Assembly (NCBI GenBank): GCA_043228905.1
Contig: JBHGNT010000005.1
Coordinates: forward strand, 6,820,001-6,884,000
Length of the DNA: 64,000 nt
From: Azolla caroliniana
Lineage: Eukaryota; Plantae; Polypodiophyta
Direction of reading: 5' to 3'
Positions 1-13,630 of the stretch are shown piece after piece (positions within the stretch are counted from its first letter, which is position 1; each line of letters opens with the position of its first letter). The position numbers and the translations under genes are program-made. The notes under the pieces were generated by a model that was not told where the DNA came from, made no database searches, and worked only from the letters and a program-made list of their open reading frames with translations.

Positions 1-1224
1 GTAATTATATCAAAAATGGGGAGTTCGAAATTAAATGAAGGTGATTTTGTAATTTATCAATTGTAAAAGTATAAAATAGAATTTGTAAATAAATAAAATA
101 AGTATAATAATATTATTAAATAACCACCCCTACATGAGGGGGTTTGTCAACAGCCTCAAGAGGGTGGTTGGGCGGTTGACCCCCATATAAAAGCCACCCC
201 AATGGTGGCTATAGAGAGGAGAAGGGGAAGAAAGGAAGGAAGAAGAGAAAGTGAGGAAGAAGCTCGCAAGGGAAGGATGCAGAGGTCGCTCAAGAAGTGA
301 GTGGCCTGTTGAACAGAAGACAAAAATTAAAGAAAGGGAAAGGGAAATTGAGGAAATGGGGAAGTTGAAGTGGTTTATCTCAAGGTTGTGAGTTTGAGTT
401 CTACCAAAACAATCTTTTTTTGGTAAACAAGTCAAACTCCTCCCAAAACAATCTTCTTTTGGTAAACAAGTTTTGTAACATAAAAATAGGGAATATAAAG
501 ACAAAGAAAGTTAAATTAATTGTTGAGAATCAAGCTCAACATAGTGCAATGTGTAAACACACCTTTTAAGAATCCATGATTACTCAAAGGTCAAGAGTCA
601 CAGCACTACTCTCTACACATTAACTATGTGTCATATAATCATATTCTATGACACATAACTAGTGAGTTACATATTCCCCATGACTATGAGTCTTCACATT
701 CCCCAAGAGAGAGAGTGGTTGTTGTAAAGTTAATGAAGAGAGAGGGTGACTCTATATAAAGCATCCTCCTCATACTTCATACTAAGTCGGTTGTGACTCC
801 TTATTATGCTACATTTTGTAATTCTTATTCTACTTGTGAAATATACACCTTCTTCTTGAGTATTCCTTTTTTCTATCTATCTTGTGTTCTCTCATCTCTC
901 CTCTAAATCCTCTCACAGATACACATAACACACATCTCTTCTGCTACACAAGAATCATACCCGATTCTTTACATTATTATAAAAAGAAAAGTGTTGAAGT
1001 AGTTGATTTAATAAGCCTTACATCCAAGAAAGGAGAGGAGTTGAGTTTGAGTCTTGCCAAATAACATTTTGGCAAACAAATATTGTAACTGTGTTTTTTA
1101 CAAATAAAATTCTTTTCGCAACAACGTTGCATCTATCTTGCCTTCTTGGCTTCTTGTCATCGCACCATCACAAAACCCTGGCAGTTGCGACACACAACCA
1201 CAATCTTTACGACGACAACGCCCT

Positions 1225-4200
1225 ACCATGTGACTCCTCACAGATCCCAGTTTCGACAATATTCGGTTCGATACTCTAACTCAATACAAGTCGGAAATTC
1301 GCAACATTGTGCTATCATCGGAGTCGGCATTGTAGTACTTAATCTCCCCGGTGGTTCTACATTAGTATGACAGAATGTCTTACATGTACCTGAGCTCTCA
1401 AGACCTTTGATCTCAGTCGAACAATTGTATGAAGACGGCATTTGTGTCGGCTTCTCACCAAGAGGGTGGACACTCCACAAGGGGAACCTCTTGCTTGCCC
1501 AAGGATCGAAAGTACATTCATTGTACCCACTATACCTCACACTTAGAGAAGGTGACTTGTTCCTGGTTGATATTCCCGTGTCTTCACTATGGCATGGACA
1601 ACTCGGACACCTCAGCAAGCCTGGCATAACGCATTTATATAGAACTAGATACATTGCCAAACTCTCCTTCTCCGATCATCAATTTTGCGAGCATTTCCAA
1701 TATGGCAAACAGATAGTTGCATCACACCCGACATGAGCATCAAGAGAATCAAGTCCACTCAATTTGGTCCACTCGGACATTTGTGGCCCTGTGCCACATA
1801 ATTCTCTCAATGGTGCCTTGTACTTCGCCAGTTTTATTGACAATTCGACTCGAAAGCTGTGGGCCTATCCGATTAAAACCAAAGACCGAGTGTTCTAGAT
1901 CTTCTCCATATGGCTCTCTATGGTAGAGAACCAGTCTGGTCAAAAGTTAAAATGCCTTCTGACCGACAATGGAAGAGAGTTCAAGTATGAAGAATTCATC
2001 AGATTTTGCCGACAACGTGGCATTCGACGTGAATACACGACACCCTATAGTTCGAACCATAATGGAAATGCCAACAGCATGAATCATACCATTCAAGAAC
2101 AGATAATTTCCATGCTCCAACACTCTGGATTGTCGGATGACTTCTGGGCAGAGGCCTTACTTATGGCAGTATACATTATTAACATGTCGCCGAGTAGGCC
2201 TCTATGACTTCGAATACCTCAAGAATTATGGAGCCGCAACAAGCCGAATTATGACAAGCTGAGGATTTTCGGATGTGAGGCATACGCCCTCATACCAAAA
2301 GAAGATCGCCGCAAATTAGAACCGAGGTCTAGGAAATGTATTTTCCTTAGATATGGACCAAACAACGAGATCAAATACTGACTTTGGGACCATGAGCACA
2401 AACCGATTTTCCGAAGTTCGGACGTCATGTTCAATGAGTCAACTATCCATAAGTCGGCCAAAAGGAGTATTGAAGTCTGAAGGGTAACTTTTTTCAAAGT
2501 GCCAACCCTTCATGAAGGCGCAACACATAACACGAGGTCGGCTTCATGGGTAGCCGAAACCTCTAGCACCGACTCAGCACAGCCGAATGACTTGGCTTTG
2601 GACCATCTGACTCTGACACCCGATGCGACTAGTCCATTCATACCTTGAAGATCTGAGAGATTGTCGCAACCCCCAAAGAGGTACTCTCCTAGAATCTTCT
2701 TTACGGATGCAAGCGAACCAACGTCATATGAAGAAGCATCGGCATCAGCCGATTCGGCCACATGGCATCTAGCGATGGAGTCAAAAATGAACTCCATTCG
2801 AGCAAACAAGACTTGGAACTTGGTTGAATTACCGAAGAATTGATGTGTTCTTCCATGCAAATGGGTCTATCGAATCAAAGAGACATTTGATTTAGTCGCC
2901 CCAAAGTACAAGGTCAGGTTAGTCACAAAGGGTTTCCAACAACAATATGGCGCGACTTCGACAAAATATTTATGACTACCCTTTGATTCCTAATTGGCCT
3001 AGTGGCAGCTGAGGATTCGGAGCTTATATAGTTAGATGTAAAGACGACCTTCCTCCATGGCGACCTAGAGGAGGAAATCTTCATGGAACAACCAAAAGGC
3101 TTCGTCACAGCAGGCCAAGAGCATCTAGTCTGTCGACTCAGGAAGGGTCTTTACGACCTGAAATAGGAACCGAGACAATGGTATAAGAAGTTCAATGACT
3201 TCATCCAATCAGTCAACTTCTCTAAGAGCGATGAGGACCATTGGCTCTTCCCGAAACAACTCGAGATGGGTCACCCATCTTCCTCATCATCTACGTGGAC
3301 GACATGCTACTCTCCGGTCAGCATGCCAACGAGCTCGCCGAACTAGTTTGGCAATTGCGGTTGAAGTTTGCCATGAAGGAACTTGGACCAACAAGACACA
3401 TTCTCAGAATGAAGGTAACTCGGAATAGATATCGACGACAGTTGTTTCTGTCTCAATCCAACTATATTGGACATGTCCTGTTCAACGCTTCAACATGCAA
3501 TCGGCCAAATATGGTTCGACCCCGCTCCCAATTCGTCTTCATCTGCCTCAACGAAACTACCCAGCATCCAGTCCGGAGGGGGAAATTATGAAGTCAATAC
3601 CGTATACACCAGCAATCGGCTCCTTGACGTATGTGATGATCGCGACACGACCTGACATTATTCACGCCGTTAGAGTCGTCAGCAAATTCATGCACAATCC
3701 TAGTTGATCACATTGGAACGCAATTAAGCATGTGTTCAGATACCTGGTGGGCACAAAAGTCCATGGCATCCTATTCGGTCAAATGATACTTCGGGCATAG
3801 TCAAATACACTGATTCAGACTTTGCAAGCTGCGTGGACAATCGAAAATCGACAATCGAATACTATTTCAAATTTGGCAATGGAGTAATATCGTGGAAATC
3901 AAAACTTCAGGAGTGTACTGCCACATCAACGACCGAGGCTGAATACGTAGCCGCATTCGATGCGGTGAAAGAGGTTTTATGGCTCAATCGGCTGGCACAC
4001 GTTTCGACAAGTCGAATCCGACTCGGCTCCAATTGTCTACAACGACAGTCAGGGTGTTGTTGCTTTGTCGAAAATTCCGGTTCAGCACAATGCCTCGAAG
4101 CACATCGACGTGAGATATCACTTCATTCAGGACTGCGTCATTTCAGGGAAAATCGGCCTCAAGAAGATACCTACAACTGATAATGTCGCAGACGGGATGA

Positions 4201-4853
4201 CCAAGTGTCTTTTGACAGATCGATTCAGATCCCTTCCGCACTAGATGGGCGTAATGAAGAATCAATTTGATTGAGTCAGACACTCAGGATGGTTTCGAAC
4301 AATCATCACCGACAGTTCGAGGTTCGGTCTCAGTTCCTTCGACCTCGGCCAATTCTGCCCTTTATTTTTCGGAGTTTACTGGCTCGAACAAAAATCTGAT
4401 TTGTTCAACAACCTTGTACAAATCTGTAATCTCAAACAGATTTTTGGTGTATATGCCCATTGCAGGGGAGTGTCGAATATAGATCTCTAATGGCCGTATT
4501 CACACTGTCTCTTTCGACAGTCTAGGTTTAGGACATCTTTGTAAATATGTCAAATGGTAGTTGCCCTAGCCCATTTAGTATATAAAGGGACTTGTAACCT
4601 AGCTCATAAGGTTGTTGCTATTGTTAGAGAGAGTTGTCTTCTCCATTGTATCGTAACCATTCTCTAAATAATACGGTTACATTGTGTGCCTCTCTATCTC
4701 TGTCTCTCTCTCAGATTCTCTGTTGTATCTTGCTTACACATGCTAACTCAGTGATCTTCATCTCAAGGTGTTGTTTATGTTGCTATTGTTAGAGAGAGTT
4801 GTCGCCCCCATTGTATCGTAACCATTCTCTGAATAATATTGTTACATTGCGTG

Positions 4854-4949
<96 letters not shown>

Positions 4950-5022
4950 ATTCTCTGTTGTATCTTGCTTACACATGCTAACTCAGTGATCTTCATCTCA
5001 AGGTGTTGTTTATGTTTCTGCA
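1225..5022 (+). mobile_element. Decayed Ty1/Copia LTR retrotransposon (protease-GAGpre-integrase-RT-RNaseH, PPT, 3' LTR); 5' part not recognisable
   Basis: Fragmented ORFs carry Copia motifs in Copia order: LWHGQLGH, KCLLTDNGREF...FWAEAL, EPTSYEEA, IYVDDML, AIGSLTYVMIATRPDI, SWKSKLQ...STTEAEY. PPT-like GCAGGGGAG ends at 4470; LTR runs TG (4471) to a probable CA end (5022). Many stops and frameshifts. Confidence 0.93.
4471..5022 (+). repeat. 3' LTR of the Copia element, with an internal tandem duplication and a (CT)n expansion
   Basis: Starts with TG right after the PPT; TATATAAA near 4579. The unit GCTATTGTTAGAGAGAG...AGGTGTTGTTTATGTT occurs twice (about 4615-4781 and 4782-5016); the second copy holds a long (CT)n at about 4855-4947. 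Confidence 0.75.
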
Positions 5023-5265
5023 CTGATGGCTTCAGTTCTCAACAGAGAGCCCACGAATCAAGAACCCAAATGAAAACGATGAAGAGCAATCCAAAAATGA
5101 GAAAACTGCAGATTCAATCGACATTGCCAACATCACTTTGTTACAAAAGATTACTTTGGTAGACTCATTAGTGGAAACTCAAGGTTATTGATCGGTTATC
5201 TAATAAAACACGGGATTCAAACTTGCTCTTCTAAGTGAGCAACACTCTACCACCCACCCACTCTT

Positions 5266-5365
5266 NNNNNNNNNNNNNNNNNNNNNNNNNNNNNNNNNNN
5301 NNNNNNNNNNNNNNNNNNNNNNNNNNNNNNNNNNNNNNNNNNNNNNNNNNNNNNNNNNNNNNNNN
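5266..5365. other. Assembly gap (100 N)
   Basis: Run of exactly 100 N, a typical scaffolding spacer. Confidence 0.99.
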
Positions 5366-5384
5366 GCTCCTTCCATTGTGCTAG

Positions 5385-5608
5385 TGGAAGCAGAAAGGAT
5401 CCGAAAATGCAAAGGAAGAGTGTTTGCTCTAGAGGATGAGCCCGGAGTATATCGAGTCTGGTTACCTGATGAGGACTCGCCTGGCTTAGCAATGGCTCGA
5501 GCATTCGGTGATTTTTGCCTTAAAAACTTTGGTGTAAATGTGATTCCAGAAGTTACCCATCATGAGCTAACCGAGAAAGATGAATTCATCGTTTTAGCAA
5601 CTGATGGG
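5385..5608 (+). CDS. PP2C: Protein phosphatase 2C (plant clade E-like), penultimate exon; upstream exons not in view (beyond the gap)
   Basis: AG acceptor at 5383-5384. Translation EAERIRKCKGRVFALEDEPGVYRVWLP...PGLAMARAFGDFCLK...DEFIVLATDG. GTAAGT donor at 5609. Confidence 0.93.
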
Positions 5609-5750
5609 GTAAGTAATATGAAGCTGCGAAAAACGAAAATCTCTGTCTATACACACTAAAGACTCAGATCTCTCTTATGAATAGTATCTGGTATATATTG
5701 GTGTTTCGACATTAACCGCTTTGGTCTGTTTCTTGTTCTTCTTCATTTAG

Positions 5751-6179
5751 ATTTGGGATGTCCTTAGCAACGAGGAGGTAGTAAACATCGTTTCATCAGT
5801 TCCTTCTCGGCCACTTGCTGCAAGAAGAGTTGTAGAAATAGCGACCAATGCATGGAAGTGGAAATATCCCACATCGAAAGTCGATGATTGTGCCGTGGTT
5901 TGCTTGTTCATGAATGGAATGCATTCTTCAGCAACTTCAGACAAACAAAGCTTATCGATAACATCAATGAAACACATAGTGTCTGCGAGGTGTCAAAAAC
6001 CTAAACCGGTGCTGAAAAAATCCGAGACACCTATGTATGTATCTCATGAGATAAAAAATAGAGGCAAACAACATAAACTTCTTGAGACCATAGACGGAGA
6101 GAAATGGACTGCTTTGGATGGTGTTACTCGGGTTAACACATTGGTGAAACTGCCTCCCTTTTTCCCCAAATCTTCCTAA
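5751..6179 (+). CDS. PP2C: Protein phosphatase 2C, last coding exon
   Basis: Pyrimidine-rich acceptor TTTAG ends at 5750. In-frame IWDVLSNEEVVNIV...AWKWKYPTSKVDDCAVVCLF completes the DGxWD and DD metal-binding motifs. C-terminal WTALDGVTRVNTLVKLP tail is typical of this clade; TAA ends at 6179. Confidence 0.93.
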   Translation: MWDVLSNEEVVNIVSSVPSRPLAARRVVEIATNAWKWKYPTSKVDDCAVVCLFMNGMHSSATSDKQSLSITSMKHIVSARCQKPKPVLKKSETPMYVSHEIKNRGKQHKLLETIDGEKWTALDGVTRVNTLVKLPPFFPKSS

Positions 6180-8799
6180 TGGTAGATCATATGGCTCCAA
6201 CTTTGAATGTTGTGTTTGGTATGTAATTTTCTGGTGTGTATTAAATCATCTAACAAATGATTGTAGATTTGCTTCATGAAGTATATACTAATACCATTGG
6301 TTCTTCTAGGCAAATTATCACACCCTAATGATTTTGTTTTTGTGCATATTGCCTATGTATGTAAGTATAGCTCACTGTTTTGCAACTAAAAAGTGGGCGA
6401 AACTAAATTTTTCTGGGTATTGTTGGCTTCCGAGATTCTTTGTTTACTTATTTTGTTGATTCATCAATCATGATTGCATTCTCCATTCTTACAGTGATTC
6501 CTTGGCTTCACTTTTATGTTTGGTTGTTTCATGATTTGTCGTAGACTACTCTAAGCTGTCAACAGGGGTTTGAATAGCTTAGAGGTAACATTTTCATTCT
6601 TCAGGACACCAACTTGTAAAAAGTTTCATGAGCAGTTGAGTCTCTAGTATTTGGCTTGGTTGGATGTTTTCGATGGAAATTCTCAAACCATGGCATGACT
6701 GTTTTGGAGGTGGAATGAATGCTCCCAAGTCACCACTAATCTTTAACCTTTCTAATGAAGCAGATACTTTATTATGCTATGTGAGATATTGAAAGTAAGA
6801 ATCAGTTTGATATTGCCTTCAATCGTGCTTTGTAGCAACAAAATGACTAGTTATCTTGGGAGGGTTATAACCATGACTTTTCACAGATAGAGGTTGTTGG
6901 AGATGATGCATATGATTCATGTAACCTTGTTAATGGGCAAGTCTGGTTTGAAACTATTCCAACTATCTAGCCATTTTATGCAGCTCTCAATGCCAAACAT
7001 AAGCATTTATTAATAATTGTCCATCCCCAAATCTTTGTGGTTGCCTACACATTGATAATCTTGATATGCTTGACTATTTATCATGTAGGGAAACCACAAA
7101 TTTGTAGAATGAAATAGAATATCTACATCTCATTGGAATTATGTCTCGGTTGGGTGAGTGAGTTAGCATTGCCATTCGATGAAAAGGGATTTCAACCAAT
7201 TTTCTATGAATCCATTAAACATAAAGAACATTTGTATTACATTTGAGTGTAATGGCAATGATGGGAATTGGCATGGCAAACTCCAAACCAAAAGACCCTA
7301 GCTCAAACGTAACAGAAGCCACCTAGTTCAAAAAAGTACTTTTATCACTTTGAAACCACGTGAATATGGAAGATTTGACAAATCATTGTATGCTATTCTG
7401 CTTGTAGGATGGATTTTATTGCATTCTCCCCTTTGATTTTTAATAGTTTCCCTAGAAGTCACATGAAACAAATACCTATGCAGTTGTATAAAAGGCATTA
7501 CATGTAATGCCTTTGTTTCACAATATCATTTATAGCATAAAATTTGCTTACAAGAATATTAGAGCAAGAGTCATCGTTTGAAGTCGTCGACGTAAGATTA
7601 GAGGAACAGTGATCTCGTGAAGTTGTTGATATCATTGCTTCAAATAATTTATTCCTAGCCAATTGACTCATTAAACAACACCAACCCTTCAAAGATCAAT
7701 TCCTTCTACAATGTGAATGGAGGATCATTGTCTACAGGATTTCTATGTAAATGGAAAACAACATTTTCCATTCACTAAGAAAACAACATGGATGCCTTAA
7801 AACACGTATATCAAGAAAAACCAAATGGGATATGACACCACGAAAAATTAATTGTGAAATTATTTCTTTTTGGGAGTAAGAGCGTGTCAAAATGGAGAAT
7901 TCTATGTTAATGAAACCAACATGAAGACTTCAATCCACCTGCTATCTCAAGCGACATGTTTCTAAAACTTGGTCATCTCTCCAATTTACAATGTCTTTGT
8001 ACGGCAAAAACATGAAAAGCATCTTAAATTATTTATGTTTTAGAAGCTCTAATTAAATGGCTCTTTATGTAAATACTCTAACAGCAATGTGTGATAAGAA
8101 CAAAGAACACAATGTAAAATGAGCATAATTAACAAGAATTCCATCTAGTTTACATGATTAAATAGATTGCTCTCTCTCTCACTCAACACCTAACTATAAC
8201 ACTAAATTTATTTGACTTATCGACATGGATCTTTCCTATCTTTCTATCATATCACGTCATACCTAGGAAGTTTTCTTTCTCTTTTTTATCGAATTAGGTC
8301 ATACCTATAAAGTCTTCTTTTCTCTTTACCAAATATAGTTTGTACGTTGTTGGCAACTTAGGGATAATCATATGTACACACAGGTACACAATCATAAGCA
8401 CTTATGAGAGAATCGGTTTCCTTTGGAGTATTGCATTTCTAACAAGTGGCCTATTTTGCTAGGCCTTCAACTTCACGCTCAAGATGTACATCATTTCATA
8501 CTTATCTATCATGATGGGTAATGCTTCTGCCTAAATTTGGTCTCCTTCGTCTCTAGGCGTCGGATCTAAAAATGAAGTGTTCTAGGTCTAAAGGTCTAGA
8601 GATGAAGCTAGGTCCATACAATTTAGGAACTAAGTCCTAGATCAAAACAATCTAGGGACAAAATATGGTTCACCTAAAGAATTCTTCCCCCACCTTTTGG
8701 GCCAGTGTCACCCAATGGAAGGGCATTGTCTTCTTCTTTTTTCCTTGAAAGATTTTCTTCAATAGTATTAAAAAACGTCGGAAGACTACAAGTTGAAGT

Positions 8800-11400
8800 T
8801 ATCTACCCAGAGGCTTACAACGTAGAATAAAAGACATTGTATGTACACAAAAACCTATACATCCAAAAACAACTTATAAAGGGGTGTTGAACCTTGATAC
8901 GATACATTACCATGATGTACTGATATTCAAGAAAGGGTCCATGGAAGTTGATAGTTCCATTGAGGCCCTTGAACTAACACTACAAAGAAGGGCAACTTCC
9001 TCCATAAGTGAAGCATATTCGTCCTTCTCTTATGAACATTTTCTGGAGAACCATACATATTATCATACTGCCCACAGACTATTGTCGGCAGTGTTTCCCA
9101 TATCTCAAGCAGTACATCTGAAGGACCAAGATTTGTTGCATCATAAAGTTGACTACATCTACATCTCCATAATACCCATTACGTTACCGTAGTCACAGTT
9201 TTCCAGACCTGGACAAATCGCACCTGCTTTCGAGGTTGTTGAAACGTACTAACTGATATCAATCTTCTATTGTGTACCGTCATGGCCTCTTGAATATCAT
9301 CTGCCTCATACAACATCAAGCTGGAATGTAAAACTCCCCACACCGTTGCTCCCCATGAGAACAAGCAACCAACATTAATCGTTAGGAATAAAGAAATAAC
9401 TTTATTCCATACTTTGTTGAGCTAAGGGAAAAGACTAGAGGGCATGCTTAGTAGTCTCTTGAGTTGCATAGCAAAAGCCACATTGCCTACGATTAGGTGC
9501 TACATTCCCTTTCAATGACTAGCCAACTAGTAATGTTGCATGCACTAATAGCCATCTAAAAAGAGTAAATTTAGTGGGCCCCTTTAAAGACCAGATCCAT
9601 CTCCAATAGGTTTTCAACTACAAAGTTGAAACACCCCAGTAGGTCCAATGTGTTTGAGTTGTTGGCACCATTACATTCGTAGACAACAGTAATGACCTTC
9701 CAAGCTTCACTAAATACTGAAAGAAGGGAACCTTTATGATCTGTTCCCCTAAGGAATATGACCAAAACCAACCCCTCGGATCCCATAGTAATTATGCAAC
9801 AGATTCTTTTGCGTACCACCACATCATATCACACATATGAGCAATGGAAGGGTATGGATCAAGCAACCACTTCTTTCCCATTTTAGCAACCACTCTGACT
9901 AGTGCAATCTTTACGTGTTGTAGATAGTTGCAATCAAAGGCATGAGGCTACAATCTACTATTGTCAAGAACCTCAAAATAAGAAATGCACCCATTAGGTG
10001 AGATACCCTTGACAGCCAACAATGTGTCATTTATGAAGCATCCAAACCAAAAATGTTCTTGTATGGATTTGAAGGTTGCCGCCAATGAGGAATATGTTGC
10101 GAAAATGGCAGTCGTCATATCTTGGCACCATGAACAACTTGTAAATGTGCAAGACGATCTGCTTGTGGCATTTGCTGGAATTGAATCCAAGTGCTTACAG
10201 ATGCAGCTAGCCCATTATCCAATTTACCCCAAGCAAGGTGAGTTCTAAGGCCCAACACTTTTCCTGCATTATCCTGAAATAGAGAATTTGCGAGAAGAGG
10301 CTGATTAAGTAGTGCATCCCAAGGAGAAGACTTCCCCTTCATCAGAAATGACTTAATCCCATCCCATGCCCTTATGATTCGTAACAAAAATCAATTAGAT
10401 GTTAGATCCAGCCTTGGCGTTTGCACACCATTCAAGAACAACCACTTTAGAGAGGGAGACCAAACTCCTCCCGTCTTAGGACTTAACTTCATTAGCTGAT
10501 TTAAAAACATTCATTTCCAGGCTTCTGGCCCTAGCAATAATACTCGAATCACAAACTTAACTAAGAGGGCTCATGACTGCATCAAAGGATCTATCAAACC
10601 CAACCCTCCATGGATTTAGGGCTGAATCGGCACCTTCCAAGCAACTTTGGGCATTATTTGACATCCATTCCTCACCCACCCATAACCCTATCGACTTTTC
10701 CAATTAAGTGAGGCACTTATGGCCTCCGAGAAATTCTGCAAAGGATTATGTACCTAACCGAGATTACCAATCTCCCCATCAACATAGAGGGTTGTATCAT
10801 CTCCAAACTCAATATCCAATACAGTAGACTATGCAATACGTAATGTTATACCTTTTATACCAGTCGAAGAAGATCTTATGTATGAGGATAGAGCTTCCCC
10901 GAACAAGATAAAAAGAAAAGGGGCAAGAGGACATCCTTGCCTAACCGACCTGGAAATTGGAAATGTTGGTGGCCCATATCCTCCAACGAACAAAATTGAG
11001 CTAGAGGCCTACATGTATAAGGCCGAAACACCAGTTATCCATGCATTAGGAAAACCTAATCTTGACAACACTGCCCAAGAAAATCCCAATCTACTTTTTC
11101 ATAGGCCTTTTCAAAGTCCATTAGTAATACTGCCAGTTGTTGTTTATTTTGCTGAGCTAATGCAACCATTTCCCAGAGCAAAAAGATATTATCGAAAATG
11201 CTTCTATCTTGTATAAAACCAGATGTGTGTCATGAATAATAGATGGCAACAGAGATTGTAATCTAATGGCAATAGTTTTTGCCACAATCTTATAAACATC
11301 ATTGAGCAATGTTATTGGCCGTCACTTAGAGACTTTATCACATTGAGCATCCGACTTAGGAATCATATATATTATACGGAAGGGCATTGTCTTTCCCAGA
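8800..11400 (-). mobile_element. Decayed L1-type LINE, ORF2 (RT through C-terminal region), 5'-truncated
   Basis: Minus-strand reading gives RPITLLNDVYKIVAK, LLMDFEKAY, SRSVRQGCPLAPFLF and EFGDDTTLYV, then C-terminal WVLWRCRC. Heavily interrupted; ends approximate. Confidence 0.88.
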
Positions 11401-11749
11401 TATGTAAGTTTGAATCTCGCTACTCATAATTTTCCTCTTTTACCATAAATTTGGCTCCGATGCGCATATTTCCATGCCAAAAATTTGGTTGCAAACATCA
11501 CACCACAAGCTTGAAAATGATGACTAGGTCCCCAAACTTTGGATCAAAATTCTACCTTTCTTGAAAATAATTAAATTTATATGTAAATTATTGCCCAATT
11601 GTTGAATTTTCGATTTGGAAATTCCATAGTGATCCTCGACAAAATCAAATCATAAGGAAATTATTGCAATCTTCCTAATTCTTGTCTCTCATCAAATATA
11701 AAGCCTATGATACGTCAAGATCAAACATTTCCCTCAACTATAATAAAAC

Positions 11750-12430
11750 CCTAGGAAAAAACTGAGACCTAGCTATCATCACGCTTTTACAACGATGAAG
11801 ATGTAATAAAGCCTAACTTGTAAGGGCAAGTTTGTACATTCACATTAGAATGGCTATTCCATTGAGATACGCATGCTCGTGTGAGGTGATCCCATGGCTC
11901 TCCCATAATGAACACTTTAAATGAGGGATCATTATACACCACTAATTTTTATTATCATCTTCACCTACTCGTTTACAAATAATTTTGAATGTTTAGTTGA
12001 TTATGGGGAACTAATATAATCCACATTTCATACGGCCAAGATCAAAGCCAAACATAATACACCAACTTTCCTAACAAAAGTTTTATGTTTTTAGCACTCT
12101 GAAATTTGAACTCTGCAAAAGTAGGGTGGAAAACAAAGGTAAGTTATGTTGGTAATTTATGCAAGACTTTGTTGAGTTAAGTTAACTAAGGTTCACCATC
12201 TCCACCAACCTCATTACAACATGCCATTGATTATACCATGTGTTCCAAATCCACAATTTTTGAATGATATAATAAGTCACAACATAAGGGAAACTAGACC
12301 AATATAGAGAGAGGCCTTCTGGAGAAGGGGCAATATATTATTTGATCATGATGGATTCGTTATATTTCTCTAGGTCCTTCATTTCTAGGGTACTTGGTTT
12401 TCAAATCCAACTATCTCTACCTCATCTTGA
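11750..12430 (-). mobile_element. Possible CACTA transposase relic
   Basis: Weak minus-strand resemblance (PLLQKASLYIG...ML...THGIIN) to the N-terminal part of CACTA TnpD. Very degenerate. Confidence 0.25.
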
Positions 12431-13312
12431 AAACATTCGATTGTGTACTTTTCTTACTCCTCACAAACTTTTTCCCTGATTCTTTACTTTGTTACTAGCT
12501 TCATATCACACATTCCAACCAGATCACTGCTTTTTTGTTTCAAAACTCGTGTTCTTGAATGTGTCAAATAGAATATGAGGCATGTGTCTTTTCTTTTGGA
12601 AAAGAAGAATGAGTTGACAAATTTTAATGGGGAAATATATTAATAAGATATATTTTTCAGGTCACCTCACATCAATGATTTTCTAGATATATGAATAACC
12701 GATATACTTCCTTTACATATATATAATATAACCAAGTTATGCACATACATATATCATATGTTTATGAATGATTCTTGTTTTGTACTTGTTATCAATGTAG
12801 TCTCTTATGTGATAAATATCAAACGCATGCACACACATTGAAACAAGATTCTCTAATGGTTTGTTTTACTCGTCAATTCCTTTTGTTGCTTGTTATCGTG
12901 TTGCCCAAATACATGATATGTCTAGCTTAATGATGTTCCATATCAGTTTACTCTAGGTTGTGTTCAATGAATCACCTCCACATTTTAGCAATTTATCTAC
13001 ATATCCCACTCCAGCTTAATGTATGCATTCCTTGGATCTTAAATGGTGTTTTGATTCATTCTCCATAAATAGAAATCGTGATGAATAGATGTGCAATAAA
13101 CGGCATCAACAACTTAAATGGAAGTATGCCTTCTCACCGTTTCCATATATATCTCAAATTAACATTTGCATCTAATATCTTACATCATAAAGAAATTATA
13201 GAAGGTGGGGAAGATTTGTGTGGATTATTCATTTATGGGAAAGGGAATGAAAAAAACAATGCATTAGGATTTTATTGAGATCAATAGAGCTAAGAAAGTG
13301 TTTATGAAGATC

Positions 13313-13315
<3 letters not shown>

Positions 13316-13368
<53 letters not shown>
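13316..13368. repeat. Compound (GT)n(GA)n microsatellite; a second (GT)n lies at about 13592-13628
   Basis: Directly visible dinucleotide runs. Confidence 0.97.
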
Positions 13369-13371
<3 letters not shown>

Positions 13372-13590
13372 ATATGCGGGACAACTTAGTGGTGTGCCAC
13401 CCGATACATGCCCCATTTTCCAATGCATATTTTGAACATGTCGAATATTCTTCAGAATGTAGAGTCAACAATCACTTCGTCGCTTTCAATTAAAAAGTAA
13501 AATAGGGCCAATGCCAAGTTTTCTCTTACTTTAGTCGATCAAGAAGACTGAAGAAAAGGACAAAAGGATGATATAATAGAGTGCTTTTTC

Positions 13591-13630
<40 letters not shown>

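Noticed and set aside
1-1100. LTR-like sequence (TATA boxes, repeated AGTTTGAGT...GGTAAACAA motif)
   Set aside because: Probably LTR debris, but no boundaries, PBS or match to the LTR at 4471 could be established.
7100-8100. Coding-like composition downstream of PP2C
   Set aside because: No ORF or motif could be assigned.
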